A stretch of DNA of 64,000 bases from Cycas panzhihuaensis (lineage: Eukaryota; Plantae; Cycadophyta), in the NCBI GenBank assembly GCA_023213395.1, contig CM041465.1:26047741-26111740 (forward strand), in the 5' to 3' direction. A program made the position numbers and the translations under genes. This document shows, in pieces, positions 38,028 through 49,616 of the stretch. Every line of letters begins with the position of its first letter. The stretch's first letter is position 1. The notes beneath the pieces are model-generated. The model saw nothing but the letters and a program-made list of their open reading frames with translations. It searched no databases and had not been told where the DNA came from.

Positions 38028-41000
38028 ATGTGACAATTCTCATGTCACTTACGAGGCCCTCCCACTTTATTAGAAGACCCCTCTTATCATTTCCTTTCTT
38101 TGTCGGATTCTAATTTGACCATGGAAGACTTCCCTTTAGATTGGACATATCATGCCTATATATCTGAATCCCATGAGCCATCTACCTCTTTCCAAGGGCC
38201 CACCCAAGAGTGTGAGGACCCTATCACTTATCCAGGTGACCAAGAACACTCACAAGTCCACCACCTCTCTACTCACGAGGTGGAGGCATCCTCTCCCCTA
38301 GAGTACCATCACTTTAGTGGCGATCCTCATGAGGAACACCCCGTGGGGTCCATCTCATTTGAGGACCCCTCTACCTCTTATAATCAGGTGGACACCCCTC
38401 CCACAAATGTCGTGGAAGCCCTGAACCAGTGCTTCCAGGCTGTCCATTTCCAATCACATCCTAGGTGGTTCGAGAACATCTTGGGAAGTATTTCGCTTCC
38501 TTCTTCTACATTCATCCCTCCTCGTCCATCTCATTCAACTCCCTTGCCCACAACAAGGGTGTTTCTTGTTTCATCTTCCTCTCCCTGTGATCCATGCTCC
38601 TTAGGGACCACCCACAGTGTATCCTTTTCCCAACTTAGGATGAGTATGCCTCTTTCCAGTCAAACGACTACCCTCTAACCAATTATAGTGTACCCACCTC
38701 TCGTTGGGCCTAGGGGGCCTACGGGCACCCCTACATTTAGCTGTGTAGGGCCCACCCCCACATATTCCTAGCCTCAACCTAGGGATCCTTCCCTCTATGG
38801 GCCTCCAGGATATACTTCTCAACTGTGGGGGCATGGTAAAGGAAATTCCCTTCCAGTTTATGGGGTGGACTCTTTGTATATGTATGGTGTGGCTCCACCT
38901 ATAGGCGGCCCATATAGGTAAAACCTAGTCCCGCACCCCTCCATTCCATCCTCTTATGCTTTTCACATGCCACGCCTTCACAATGAGGTCAAGCTCCTCC
39001 CCAAGGCACTATCTCTTAAGCCCCTTTCCAATAAGGGGTGTTTTCCCAAGGAGGGATGGGTCCCTCGTACCCACCCGCTCTTGTGTAAATTCCCTCGAAT
39101 GTAGGATTATCCCCTTCTTACCAAGCGGGAGGAGGTTAGTATCCCCTTTTGAACCAGTTCTTTTAAGGAGGGTTTGGGCAACTTTATCCACCTCCTCTCT
39201 CATCTTTCGTTGACCCTATGGTCTAATCAAGGGAAAGCTCCTTTATGGACTATAGATCAACACCTTTATCTATTGAGACACTAATAACCAACTTACCACC
39301 TCACCCTCCTGAGGTTCCCAAGTTCAATGGTACCTCATCGCAAGACCTAAAGAAGCATGTTAGGAGTTTTTCTATGGTATGCATCGATTATTAGGCATAT
39401 GGCCATATCCTCATGAAACTCTTCCCACATTCTCTCCAAGGCGATGTCCTTAAGTGGTTCTATCGTCTGCTGGCACATTCTATCTATTCATTCCAATAAC
39501 TCATGGATGAATTCGTCAACTATTTTTATGTAGCTCATCCTTTTGAGAGTGGAATAAAAGCCCTTTTGTCTCTTAAACAAGGTCACGATGAGATGAATCA
39601 TGACTTTGTAAGATTCTTCCATGACCTACTTCACTCCACCAAGGCAACCCTACCTGGGGAGTTGAAGAGAGACCTCTTTGTTAATGCCCTTCGCCCAGAA
39701 GTCCACGTTGAAGTCCTTAAGATGGGGGCAATGATGTGCAACTCTACTATAGCCAAGTACTTAGCGCTTGAGGCCATTGAGATCCAAGCGGGTCTCAAGA
39801 AGCCTCTCAAGCCCTCATAATAACGTGAGGTACCTCTACCACCCTGTGAAACTAAAGTCCAACAACCTCCTAGATCTTCTTCCCATCTGACGGAGAAGAC
39901 CTTGGATCCTCTTACTTCTGTTATATGTTCTTTCGAACGTACCATAAAGGAGCTTAAACTTCAAGCCCCTTCATTCGCCACCTTACACAAACTAGTCCAC
40001 CAAGCCTCTCAAGCTACTCCCCCAAAGGATGACAATGCCCATTCTTCTCAAATGAGGAAGCCAGATTCCTCCCTAGAGAAGAAGTGGTGTTCCATCCATG
40101 GGGATTGTTTCCACGAAGATTCACAATGCCATGCCCAACACCCTAGAGCTGCCCTGCAACATGATTCTTCTCCCAAATGGGCATCTAGGCCAAACCTAGA
40201 CCAACCCATCCATAAGGGTCCCTTCCCTAAACATAGGGAATGCGATCGTAATAACCAACAAAAGGGTAATCGAAATAGAGGGAGGTCCTCGAACCCTCAC
40301 CCTTCACAAGCTAAAGAGAAGGGTATAAGGAACTCATCCTCTTCTTTCGGTTCTCTCAACCGCCACACTTCTTCACCCTCTCGATCCTAAAATAAGGGAA
40401 AGAGAGTTATTTAAATCCTTGAGACTATATGCCTTAACCTGGTCCTAAGTAACTAAAGAGGCAAACAATGCCTCTTCTTCCATGCCTCACCTTAATCCTC
40501 TTCTAGAAGTCCCTTCTCCAGAAATCCCCATGCTTCCCAAGATCATTCCTATGTACCCTGGCTGTTATAATTTTCGAAGGGCACTTCCCCAACCTATTGC
40601 GAAGGGGAAGCCCTTCTCTATCATTAACAAGTTTCACACCATCGCCATGGGAATATCCATGATGGACATCTTCAGAAGCTGCCCTAAATAATGCACCCTT
40701 CTTTTGGAAACTTTGGGGGTTAGTTGACGCATCCGTCCACACCTTGGGTGTTGCTCCAAGTCGTGAACTTGTCATCTCCTTTGACCCCAAAGATCTTCCT
40801 TTATCCGATGAAAGGGAATGCCAATGGCACTATCCTTTCACCATAACCATTGACACATCTGACTGCACTCTATAAAAAACTATTGTAGACAATGGTTCTT
40901 CCATCAATGCCATGCCCTTGCGTATTATGCAAGAGCTTAGCATTTTAACCCTCGATCTGGTTCCATGGTGGTGTCAAGGCTATGATGGAGTGAAAAGACA

Positions 41001-44000
41001 CCCTTAGGATTAGTGTCCATTCCACTTACTCTCGAGGACAAAACTGTCCTCATCAATATTATAGTCCTTAATGTGGACGTGGACTACAACCTCTTATTAG
41101 GATGCCTATGGCTTGACCGAATGGAGGCCGTGTGTTCGTCCCAATGGGGACAACTTAAATTCATCCATGAGGTGCAAATAAGAGTTATTTCCCAGGAGCC
41201 TCCTCCTACCAAATAACCCTGTCAAGTGGTTTACATCAGGTGAAGGGCAACAAGGGCCCTTCTGCCCATGCCTTCACTTGCTCCATCAATATTCCTAGTT
41301 CATCTCATACGGAAGAAGACCCCTCCCCTTCTTCCTCCAACCTTATCTGCTTCACCTCTATTAGTGTAGGGAGCTATGGGTATCTCACCGTCATTAGTGA
41401 AGACTAGTTCAATGGTGAAAATGAGGACTTTCCTCATCCCATATCCCTCCTAGGCATGAGTGGGGAGCACCCTCTTTGTTTCAGGTCCCAACTTGAAACC
41501 TCTTCCATTAAGGAGGCCAGTGTTCCTCTTAGATTACATGCCATTGCTCCTACTGCCTATGCAATCTCCCATATCACTTCATCGCCCTCTGTAGGTGATG
41601 AAGCGAGGGAACCTCTTGTCACTTCTCATAGGAAGACTCCCTCTGACTCTTCCAAAGAGTCCCTTGGGTACATCGAGTGATGGGTCGACCACTATGGTCT
41701 TGCCACTCCTTCTGCCCCTCGCTCCTCGTCTTCTCAAAGCATGGTCATCCATGGGGTGGACTATTTCGAGAATGATGAGGCTTTGCTCGAGCATCTAATA
41801 GGCTCTGCACCCAGTCTCCCTCTTGGTCACCATAGGCTTAATCACCAGAAGGTCTTGGCTATTAGGTCAACCCTAGCTGACCTAAACCCATCTTCTTCTG
41901 TGCCCCCTCTTATTAACCGAGCCCCCCTTCACCTCAAGGAAGGGAATGCCATGTGCATAGGAGCAACTAAGGACATAGTCCTTGCCCCTAGTAATGTCAT
42001 AAAGGTAGGAGTGGAATGCTCTCCTAATGAAGTGAAGGAATACACCCTTCTCTTCTAGGAATTATGTGACGTATTCATGTGGGACTACTCTAATATGAAG
42101 GGAATAAACCCTTCTATTGTCACCCACAATCTCATTACCATTCCGAGCGCTCGCCCCGTGAGTCAAAAGTAGCACCCTCTTCATCCAAAACTCTTAACTA
42201 CTGTAAAAATAGAAGTGGATAAACTCCTAAATACGGGGTTAATCACTTCTATCGACTACTCCAAGTGGGTCTCTAACGTCATCCCCTTTGCCAAAAAGAA
42301 TAGGATGATTATGATATGCGTTGATTTTTGTGACATCAACAACACGTGTCCTAAAGATAACTTCCCTCTCCCCTTCATTGATCAGATCATTGATCAAATT
42401 ATTAGTTTTGAAGTCATGTCTTTGATGGATGGCTTCTCAGGCTATAATCAAATCCAAATTTCCCTAGAAGATTGTCATAAGATAGCTTTCACGATGCCTT
42501 GGGGCACCTTCGCTTACAAAGCGATGCCCTTTGGGCTAAAGAACATACGTGTCACTTATCAAAGGGTGATGTAATTTACCTTTCATGATCTCATTAACAA
42601 CACTCTTGAGGTTTTCATGGATGACATGATGGGCCTCTTATGCACAAGCATCCACCATCCTACTGATTTGTGGGCCATCTTCACATGATGCTGCAAATAC
42701 CACGTAAGCCTAAACCCTCTCAAATACGTGTTTGCCATAACAGTTGGCAAACTCCTTGGCTTCCTTGTCTCAAAACAAGGAATCCAAATTGACCCCAACA
42801 AAGTCAAGGCCATCCTTGACATGATGCCTCCTAAGACCCAATGATAAATCAAGTCATTCTTAGGTAGGCTAGGATTTCTGAGACATTTTTTAGCAAACTT
42901 TGCCATAAATGCAAAACCCCTTACCAACATGTTAAAGAAAGGGGCCCCATTTGTTTAGTCTCCAAAGGCCTAGCAAGCCTTCAAAGAGCTCAAGAGAGCT
43001 CTCCCCTCTGCCCTGACTTTGGTGCCCCTCTTTTTGACATGCCCTTCATCCTCTACACCTCAGCCACTGAGGAATCCTTAGGCTCCATGCCTGCTTGGGA
43101 GGATGACTTAGGAACCCAAAGAGCTATCTACTTCATCAGTTGCACTCTCATGGCTGTCAAACTTAACTACTCCCCTGCTGAGAAGGAATGCCTCTCCTTG
43201 GTGTGCGCTGCCAAGAAGTTTAGGCACTACTTGCTTGGAAACTCTACTTGGGTGATTGTCCAGTCCGATCCCTTGAGATATTTACTAACCCGATCTGACT
43301 TAATAAGTAGGATTGGCAAGTGGGATATCCTCCTTTAGGAGTTTGATCTTTAAATCGTTAATAGGAAATCAAAGAAAGGGATTGTGGTGGCTGAACAACT
43401 CACCAACACACCCATTCCAAACCTTTTTGATACTCCTATTGATGATTCCTTGCTTGACGAGCCCATTTTGGCTCTTGAGGATTCCTCCCCTCACCCGCTT
43501 ACCGATAGTGAGTGGTATGGGGACATTGTGTGATACCTTGTTGAGTAGCAGTATCATCCCGAAGTGAGTGACAAGGTTATGTCATGTATTCAAGCTACTA
43601 CTAGGTTGTATTTCCTCATGGGAGAGGTATTGTATAAGAGATCCTTTGATGGGATCCTTCGTTGCTGTGTTAACCCTGATGAAGTAGACCAAATACTTTG
43701 CGAATGCCATAACGACATTTGCGGGGGTCATTTTAGGGGTCAGTCCATAGCCCAAGGGATCCTCCTCATGGGCTATTATTGGCTGTCCCTCTTTAAGGAC
43801 ACCCATACGTATGCCTTATGATGTCGCTAGTGTTAAGAGTACACTAACATTGCCCATTTACCTCCGAAGCTTTACACCCTGTCATATCCCCATGGCCCTT
43901 CTCCCAATAGGGATTAAACCTTATTAGGGCCATAACCCCACCTTATTCGGCATAGTACAAGTTTATCTTGACTGTGACATAATAGTTTACTAAATGGGCC

Positions 44001-44754
44001 GAAGTAGTCCCTCTATCCTCTACCCTTGGCAAGACGATAGCCACCTTTATCTACTAGCATATCATCCATCAGTTTGGGGTCCCTGACGTCTTGATTATGG
44101 ATAACAGAACCCCCTTTTGCAATAAGGAAATGGACAAACTCTGTGAGAAATTTAACATTTCTCACAAAACCTCCTCTCCTTATTACTTTAGGCCAATGGC
44201 CAAGTAGAAACATTCAATAAAACCCTCATAAATATCTTGAAGAAAACTGTTGCGCGATTCCAAAGGGATTGGCATCTCCAACTCCCTTTCGCCCTATGGG
44301 CGTATCGCATATCCATTTGTACAACTATAGGAATGACTCTATTCTCCCTTGTATACGAAACTGAGGTGGTCCTCCAATTGGAAGTGGATATACCTTCCTT
44401 GCGAATTTCCCTTCGAGGCCTCATTGACGAGGAGTCCCTCCGTTAGGCCCATCTCTTAGACCTTGAAGCCCTAGATGAGAAGCGCTTGATCGCCTACTAA
44501 GTGAATCTCACCTCTAAGGCTAAGATGCGAAGGACGTACGACAAATGCCTTTGCCCACATCCTTTGCATCCTGGGACCATGTCCTCAAGCTAGAATATCT
44601 CCATGATCACTTGTCTAAGTTTAGACCTAAATAGGTTGGACCCTTCGTCGTTCTCGAGAGCCTTGATAACGGCACCTACAGGATCGCAACTTTGTAGGGT
44701 CTTGAATTCGAGAAAGCTATCAATGGTAAGTTCCTAAAGAAATTCTACCTGTGA
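38028..44754 (+). pseudogene. gag-pol: Tat gag-pol pseudogene
   Basis: Long Pro/Ser-rich N-terminus. Gag PEVPKFNG...KLFPHSLQGDVLKWF ~39310-39520. WCSIHGDCFHEDSQC knuckle. Protease IVDNGSSINAMP ~40880. RT CPKDNFPLPFIDQ, MDGFSGYNQI, VFMDD. RH LYTSATEESLG...NYSPAEKECL. Integrase ECHNDICGGHF...LPFALWAYR...GPF, ending at TGA 44752-44754. Confidence 0.93.
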
Positions 44755-45459
44755 CTATCCCTACCTCCATGTAGATTAGGCACACATATTCCCCCCTTTC
44801 TCACTCTGAAATAAGCCCTAAACTACCACCCTAAGTGCATCTTCATTCCTCCAAACCATGGATGGAATGACGGTTTAGGGTGGCTTTCCTAGCTCCCCTT
44901 GTTGGATGTGTTGGTTCCCACAACTTCCAAGTTTAGAAACACATTCTAACTAGGGATTCATGCTTGAGTACCTGTACTCTCTCTCTCCAACCAATGCTTC
45001 CTTTACATATCCCGCTATGTTCCTCTGATAGACATGTGTGGCTCCCCATCTTCTAGCCTCTCATGTGCCTATCACCTGTGCCTGTGGTGGTCATGTGTGC
45101 CCGCTATAAGTATGGCCCTATATGAAAGGAAGTGTAAGCATCATCCATATGATCTAACAATAAAAACCATATAACAACAAACTAAATCATCATGATGTCT
45201 AGCCCCTCATGCATTTGTGCACCTATGCCCACATATACATAAGCATAGAGACATATGAACAACAAAATACATCATCATACACCATCATTATACATCAAAT
45301 GAGGTGCCTATGGCACCTCTCTATATACATAAAGAATCGTATCATACATAATGGTATGGTACATCATTTGTAGGAAGCCAGAATCCTTATAGGGAGGGGT
45401 ATAGTCATGTGGTAACATATGATGACTCCTTAGAGGTCTGGTGCTTTCCCAACCAAAAC

Positions 45460-47575
45460 TAATCAGGACCTGCTCTCCAATGCTCATGTGATCATTGAGT
45501 GTTGTCTCCTGGTCAGCGTGATCCCTCCCTAAGAGACTCCTAGGCTTCTCCTGTACCTTTGCGAGCTACCGACCTCGCTCCCCTTGTCTCGAGGCCTCCT
45601 TGGGGTCAGTGCCATCATTTGAGTCTGAGTCTGAGTCCTACTCCACTATGACCTCACTGCCATTTGCTCCACTAGTTGATCGTATCACCCTTGGATACAA
45701 TCCCTCTTCCCCTCCACTCCTTGGAGTCTCTCCTATAGTATAACTATCTAGATGTGACTCTTTGTGTCTCCACCTGCTCCTCCACCCTGAGCCTCTAATG
45801 CCTGAACTCGACTGCGTAGGATGCCTCTTTCTGCATAGGTCCCATCCAACTCCCCTTGTAGCTATCCCTCCCTCACCTGGTGCTCCTATGACACTGCTAC
45901 CCATATGTCCCTAGCCTGATCAGTGGGGCGAATGCCGCTATGTGTGCTCCCACTGATTGTGGCTCCTCTCTATCCTAGATGAGAGGTTGCCCCTCTGTGT
46001 AGGCTTAGGGGAATATCTCTTAGACTACTACCTCAATCAACCCCCCCATCCCTGCTGCTCCTGCCAAGTAAAACATGACATATATTAGTCCACATATCCA
46101 TATGCATATTAAACCTTCAAAACAAAATCAAAACAAACTATCCAAATGCTTGATAGTTAAAGGATGAGAGGGAAGGGTAGTGTCTCACCTCCTGGGATGA
46201 TTGGCTCCTCTTCTTTGGTGACTATCTCCTCCTCGGGACCTCTCTTGGCTACTAGTACCTCCTCCTCCTCCTCAGGTACTACCTCGCCAACTGCTTGGCC
46301 TACCAGGGCATCTCCTCCCCCCTCTGTTGTTATCACTATTGTCTCTACCACTACCCAAGCTTTGCCTACCACCCTCAGTCTCTGGACTAGTGTGCGGGGT
46401 GGCCTACCTCTTCCTGCAACTCTTGAGGGACTCACCTCTCCTCTTGCGGCTCTTGAAGGCCTTGCCTCACCTCCTGTGGTCCCTGATGGACCCGTCTCAT
46501 CACCTGTTGCCCTTGATGGGCCTGCCCCATCACCTCCATCACCGCCATCATAATCATCACCACCCCTAGGGCACCTCCTACTCCTCTTGCCTCGTCATCA
46601 CTATCCTACCTTACCCCTCTATATGGATCCATTGTATAGTATGCCATGGTGAGGAGGTTTAATGATGTCACCTCCACCGAGTGCTAGACATGTGCTTGGT
46701 CCTTAGTCCCTCTAAACCGAGTTTACCACCTGTGTACCATTGGAGCCTGCGTTGAGATGGGGTGTGGTCCTCCTGGTGGTGCTACCACCCCAAAATGATC
46801 GAAGAACTAGCACTGTAGTGGCGTACAATACGAGAATCCTCCTCTCCCTATCAATCTGATAGCATCTAGCTAGGCAACCATGTTCACCGATATCAGAGTG
46901 GCTTAATGTAGTCTCTCCCCAGCCTCACATTTCTTGGCTATCTCCATCCATTTGCTGGGTATATCCCTAAAGTTTTGTTTCCTGGAGATTTGGAACAAAA
47001 TACCTAATGTGATTAATTTTCTCACCCGAGGAATCTGTGACATAACCATAGTCTAAACTGGTATCCCATATCTATCCCACCTATCCTGGCCAATGAAGAA
47101 CATGGCTACCTCCCTGTGTGCAGCATCATTACTAGGCAATGTCCTTAACGATGTTGGTGCTCCTCCTACTATTTCGCCCAAGATCCTTTGAATATCTGCT
47201 GGTGTGATAGTGGCATCCCCTACATGGGGGAGGTCAAACACATGCCACCTACGATCCTAATAGGCGATGATATCTACTAAGAGATGCTGATCTGAGGCAT
47301 ATTGTGGCATCCTGATAGCCTTCAACAGTCCACAACTCCCTAATACCCCTTTGTCTCCCCAGGTCATCATCTTAATAAAACTCATCATGGCGATCCCTAT
47401 GTTTTCACAGTTGTCTACCATGATAACTGCTTGCAAAACACCCAACAATTGGTTAGAACTCCTCTACATCTGCCTGCCTATACTTAGGTTGCCTCTCTCC
47501 CCCCTTTCGAGTTGAATTTGGCACCTTTCTGGGCCTCTTTCCTTTATTTTTTCTATTTGATGCTGCTTGTCCCAT
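45460..47575 (-). pseudogene. Antisense accessory gene: plant mobile domain (PMD, aminotransferase-like, MAIN/MAIL-related) + Gly/Glu-rich linker + coiled coil; two exons; 3' end approximate
   Basis: LLVDIIAY*DRRWHVFDLPHVGDATITPADIQRILG matches the PMD motif W....H.F.LP.GE.TIT..D...LLG. Later LQC*FFDHF and P..HRW motifs. ATG at 47575. Exon 2 has heptad-like RGILRSRVQALEAQ...ERLQGVE. Confidence 0.8.
46061..46188 (-). other. Predicted 128-nt GT-AG spliceosomal intron in the antisense PMD gene
   Basis: AG|GTGAGA donor, U/A-rich body within GC-rich coding DNA, CTAAT branch point, TTTTACTTGGCAG| acceptor. Removal skips the stop at 46157. Confidence 0.7.
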
Positions 47576-48694
47576 GTCAAACTTCACGGTACTGCAGAGT
47601 CTAACCTGGGTCCCACTGAAATTTTAGCATTTCCTTAGCATCCCTAAAGCAAACTCTATGGCACCGCGAATTTTTCCACGGGGCCACCCATACCCTCTAC
47701 ACAAGGGGGGTAATAACTAAAAAAGTCAAAATTATTTGCTCAAGTGGACCACACTAAAGTCCATTGGGACCAGGGCTACCTAATTCCTTGGTCCTCCCCC
47801 TCTCTGGGCCTAAATCAAGCTCTAAAGGGTCCCAATTCACCCTTAAGGGATAAAAAATTACTCTATAAAGCATAATAATACATTAAATTTGAGTGATGAA
47901 ATGAAGTGGGTATGGGATGATCCACTCATTGGATGCAGTCTCACTATGGCCATCTCATCGTTCCAGTCCTGCCAATTGTCTCCTCACTTTGATATAATGG
48001 TCTGATCTCTCTCTGCATGCTACCTAAGTTGGGCGATGCTCCACTGCATAAGGGAAAGGGTTCCAGATCAATCATGAGCCCGTGAAAATGAATTCCATTT
48101 TCGCCGAGTTTTTCTTAAATAGGCGGGGGCCCTGACGGGCACTTCCTCCATTTCTTCTGCCATGAAAGCCCTTAAGACCACCTCTTTTCCTATGTCACCT
48201 TTGCCTTCTAGGTCCATCCCATGTTTCACCTTCGTAGCCTTCTTTTCTTTCAGCTCTTAGGTACATTTATGATGACCCCTTCAGTCTTCTATAGACTCCC
48301 CTCCATCTCAATTTTTGGACCATACCAAAACATGCCCATGTTTATACTCATTTGGCTCATTTTGCCATCCTAAACCTGTTTCTTCTACTCGTTCGAGCCT
48401 TTGGGGCTCCCAAAGGGAGAACCTCCCTTATCTAGGACCTTGCTTCATTCTTTTTAGCAACCTTTGGGACCTCAAAGGGGCTCTCTTTGCCACTGTTTCC
48501 TTCCCGTCCATTGGATTGGTCTCCTTATCCCTGGGTAGCCTCATTCTAGGACTCACCTGTCCTTCACAGTCCCAATTATAACCTTCTGAGTATTTCGTAG
48601 CCCCAGTGCTACCTTCCATACACTTCCACGCTCATTGACCCTGACGTTGCCCTTCTTTCCCCTTTGTCTCACTGAGACCCTTACTTGCCTCACT

Positions 48695-49117
48695 ATGGAA
48701 TTAACCATCTTCATCGATGGTAGAAGTTGTGGCAACCCAGGCCCTTCCATTACCGTGTGGATCCTCCGTGACCCCTCCAGATATGACTACATGCATTCTG
48801 GGGTCTTCCTTCTTGAAGCCACCAATAATGAAGCTGAATACATAGTTGTTATTTAATACCTTATCGATGCGCTTTGCTTCCACCATGGACCTATCATCCT
48901 CCTTTGTGACTCTCAAGTCATGGTGTCTCACCTCACCTAGGTCTACCAGGTGCATTGCCCACACCTGAGAGTCCTCACTTTGACCGCTAAGTCCCTTTTA
49001 TCCCATTTCTCCTTTGTCAATATCTGACATATCCCTTAGGACTACAACACTGAGGCAGACGACCTCGTTGGTCTCATCCTCAAGCATCACCTCCCTCTCC
49101 TTAGTGGCCCCCCTTAA
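48695..49117 (+). pseudogene. Stand-alone archaeal-type RNase HI (aRH) ORF, 140 codons, 4 internal stops
   Basis: MELTIFIDGRSCGNPGPS...EATNNEAEYIVVI...CDSQVMV...HIP*DYNTEADDL. The D-E-D-D catalytic residues are present. It has its own ATG and TAA and lies ~4 kb after the pol stop. Confidence 0.9.
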
Positions 49118-49616
49118 GAGACCTATCTAATCGCCTAGGTGCCCAGGTTCCAGGTCATCCTATTCTTCCATCTTGTGATCCACTTGTACCTCTAAAAGTT
49201 GGCCACTAATGAGGTTAAACTATGGTGACTACCAAGTTTGTTCTCCTTACCCTACTATTCGTATCACCCTGATACATAGTCTTTACCTTCCTTACTCTCC
49301 TATGTGTATAACATCTCGTTCATAGCATCTACTTGATCATGTTTATGATTGTCTCCTATTCTTTATTCTGCACTCATATGATGGGGGCATCCCCCCATCT
49401 ATTTACTCTGCCCATCGACTCTTAGACAATGCATAGGCAACCCCTATGTCATCCCCTCATCTCCCTGCCCACGTGTCCCACCATGACACTCATTGTCACC
49501 CTTGGCTCATATCATTGTCATATTTGTTGTATAGATGTATTGCTAACATTTTTGTTGCCATCATTCACCATCATATTACGCTTCCAAGCAGTTAGTCTCT
49601 ACTACCAAGGGCGCAG

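Noticed and set aside
46164-46569. Ser/Thr/Pro-rich plus-strand ORFs that look like extensin or mucin
   Set aside because: They are shadows of the Gly/Glu/Arg-rich antisense PMD gene.
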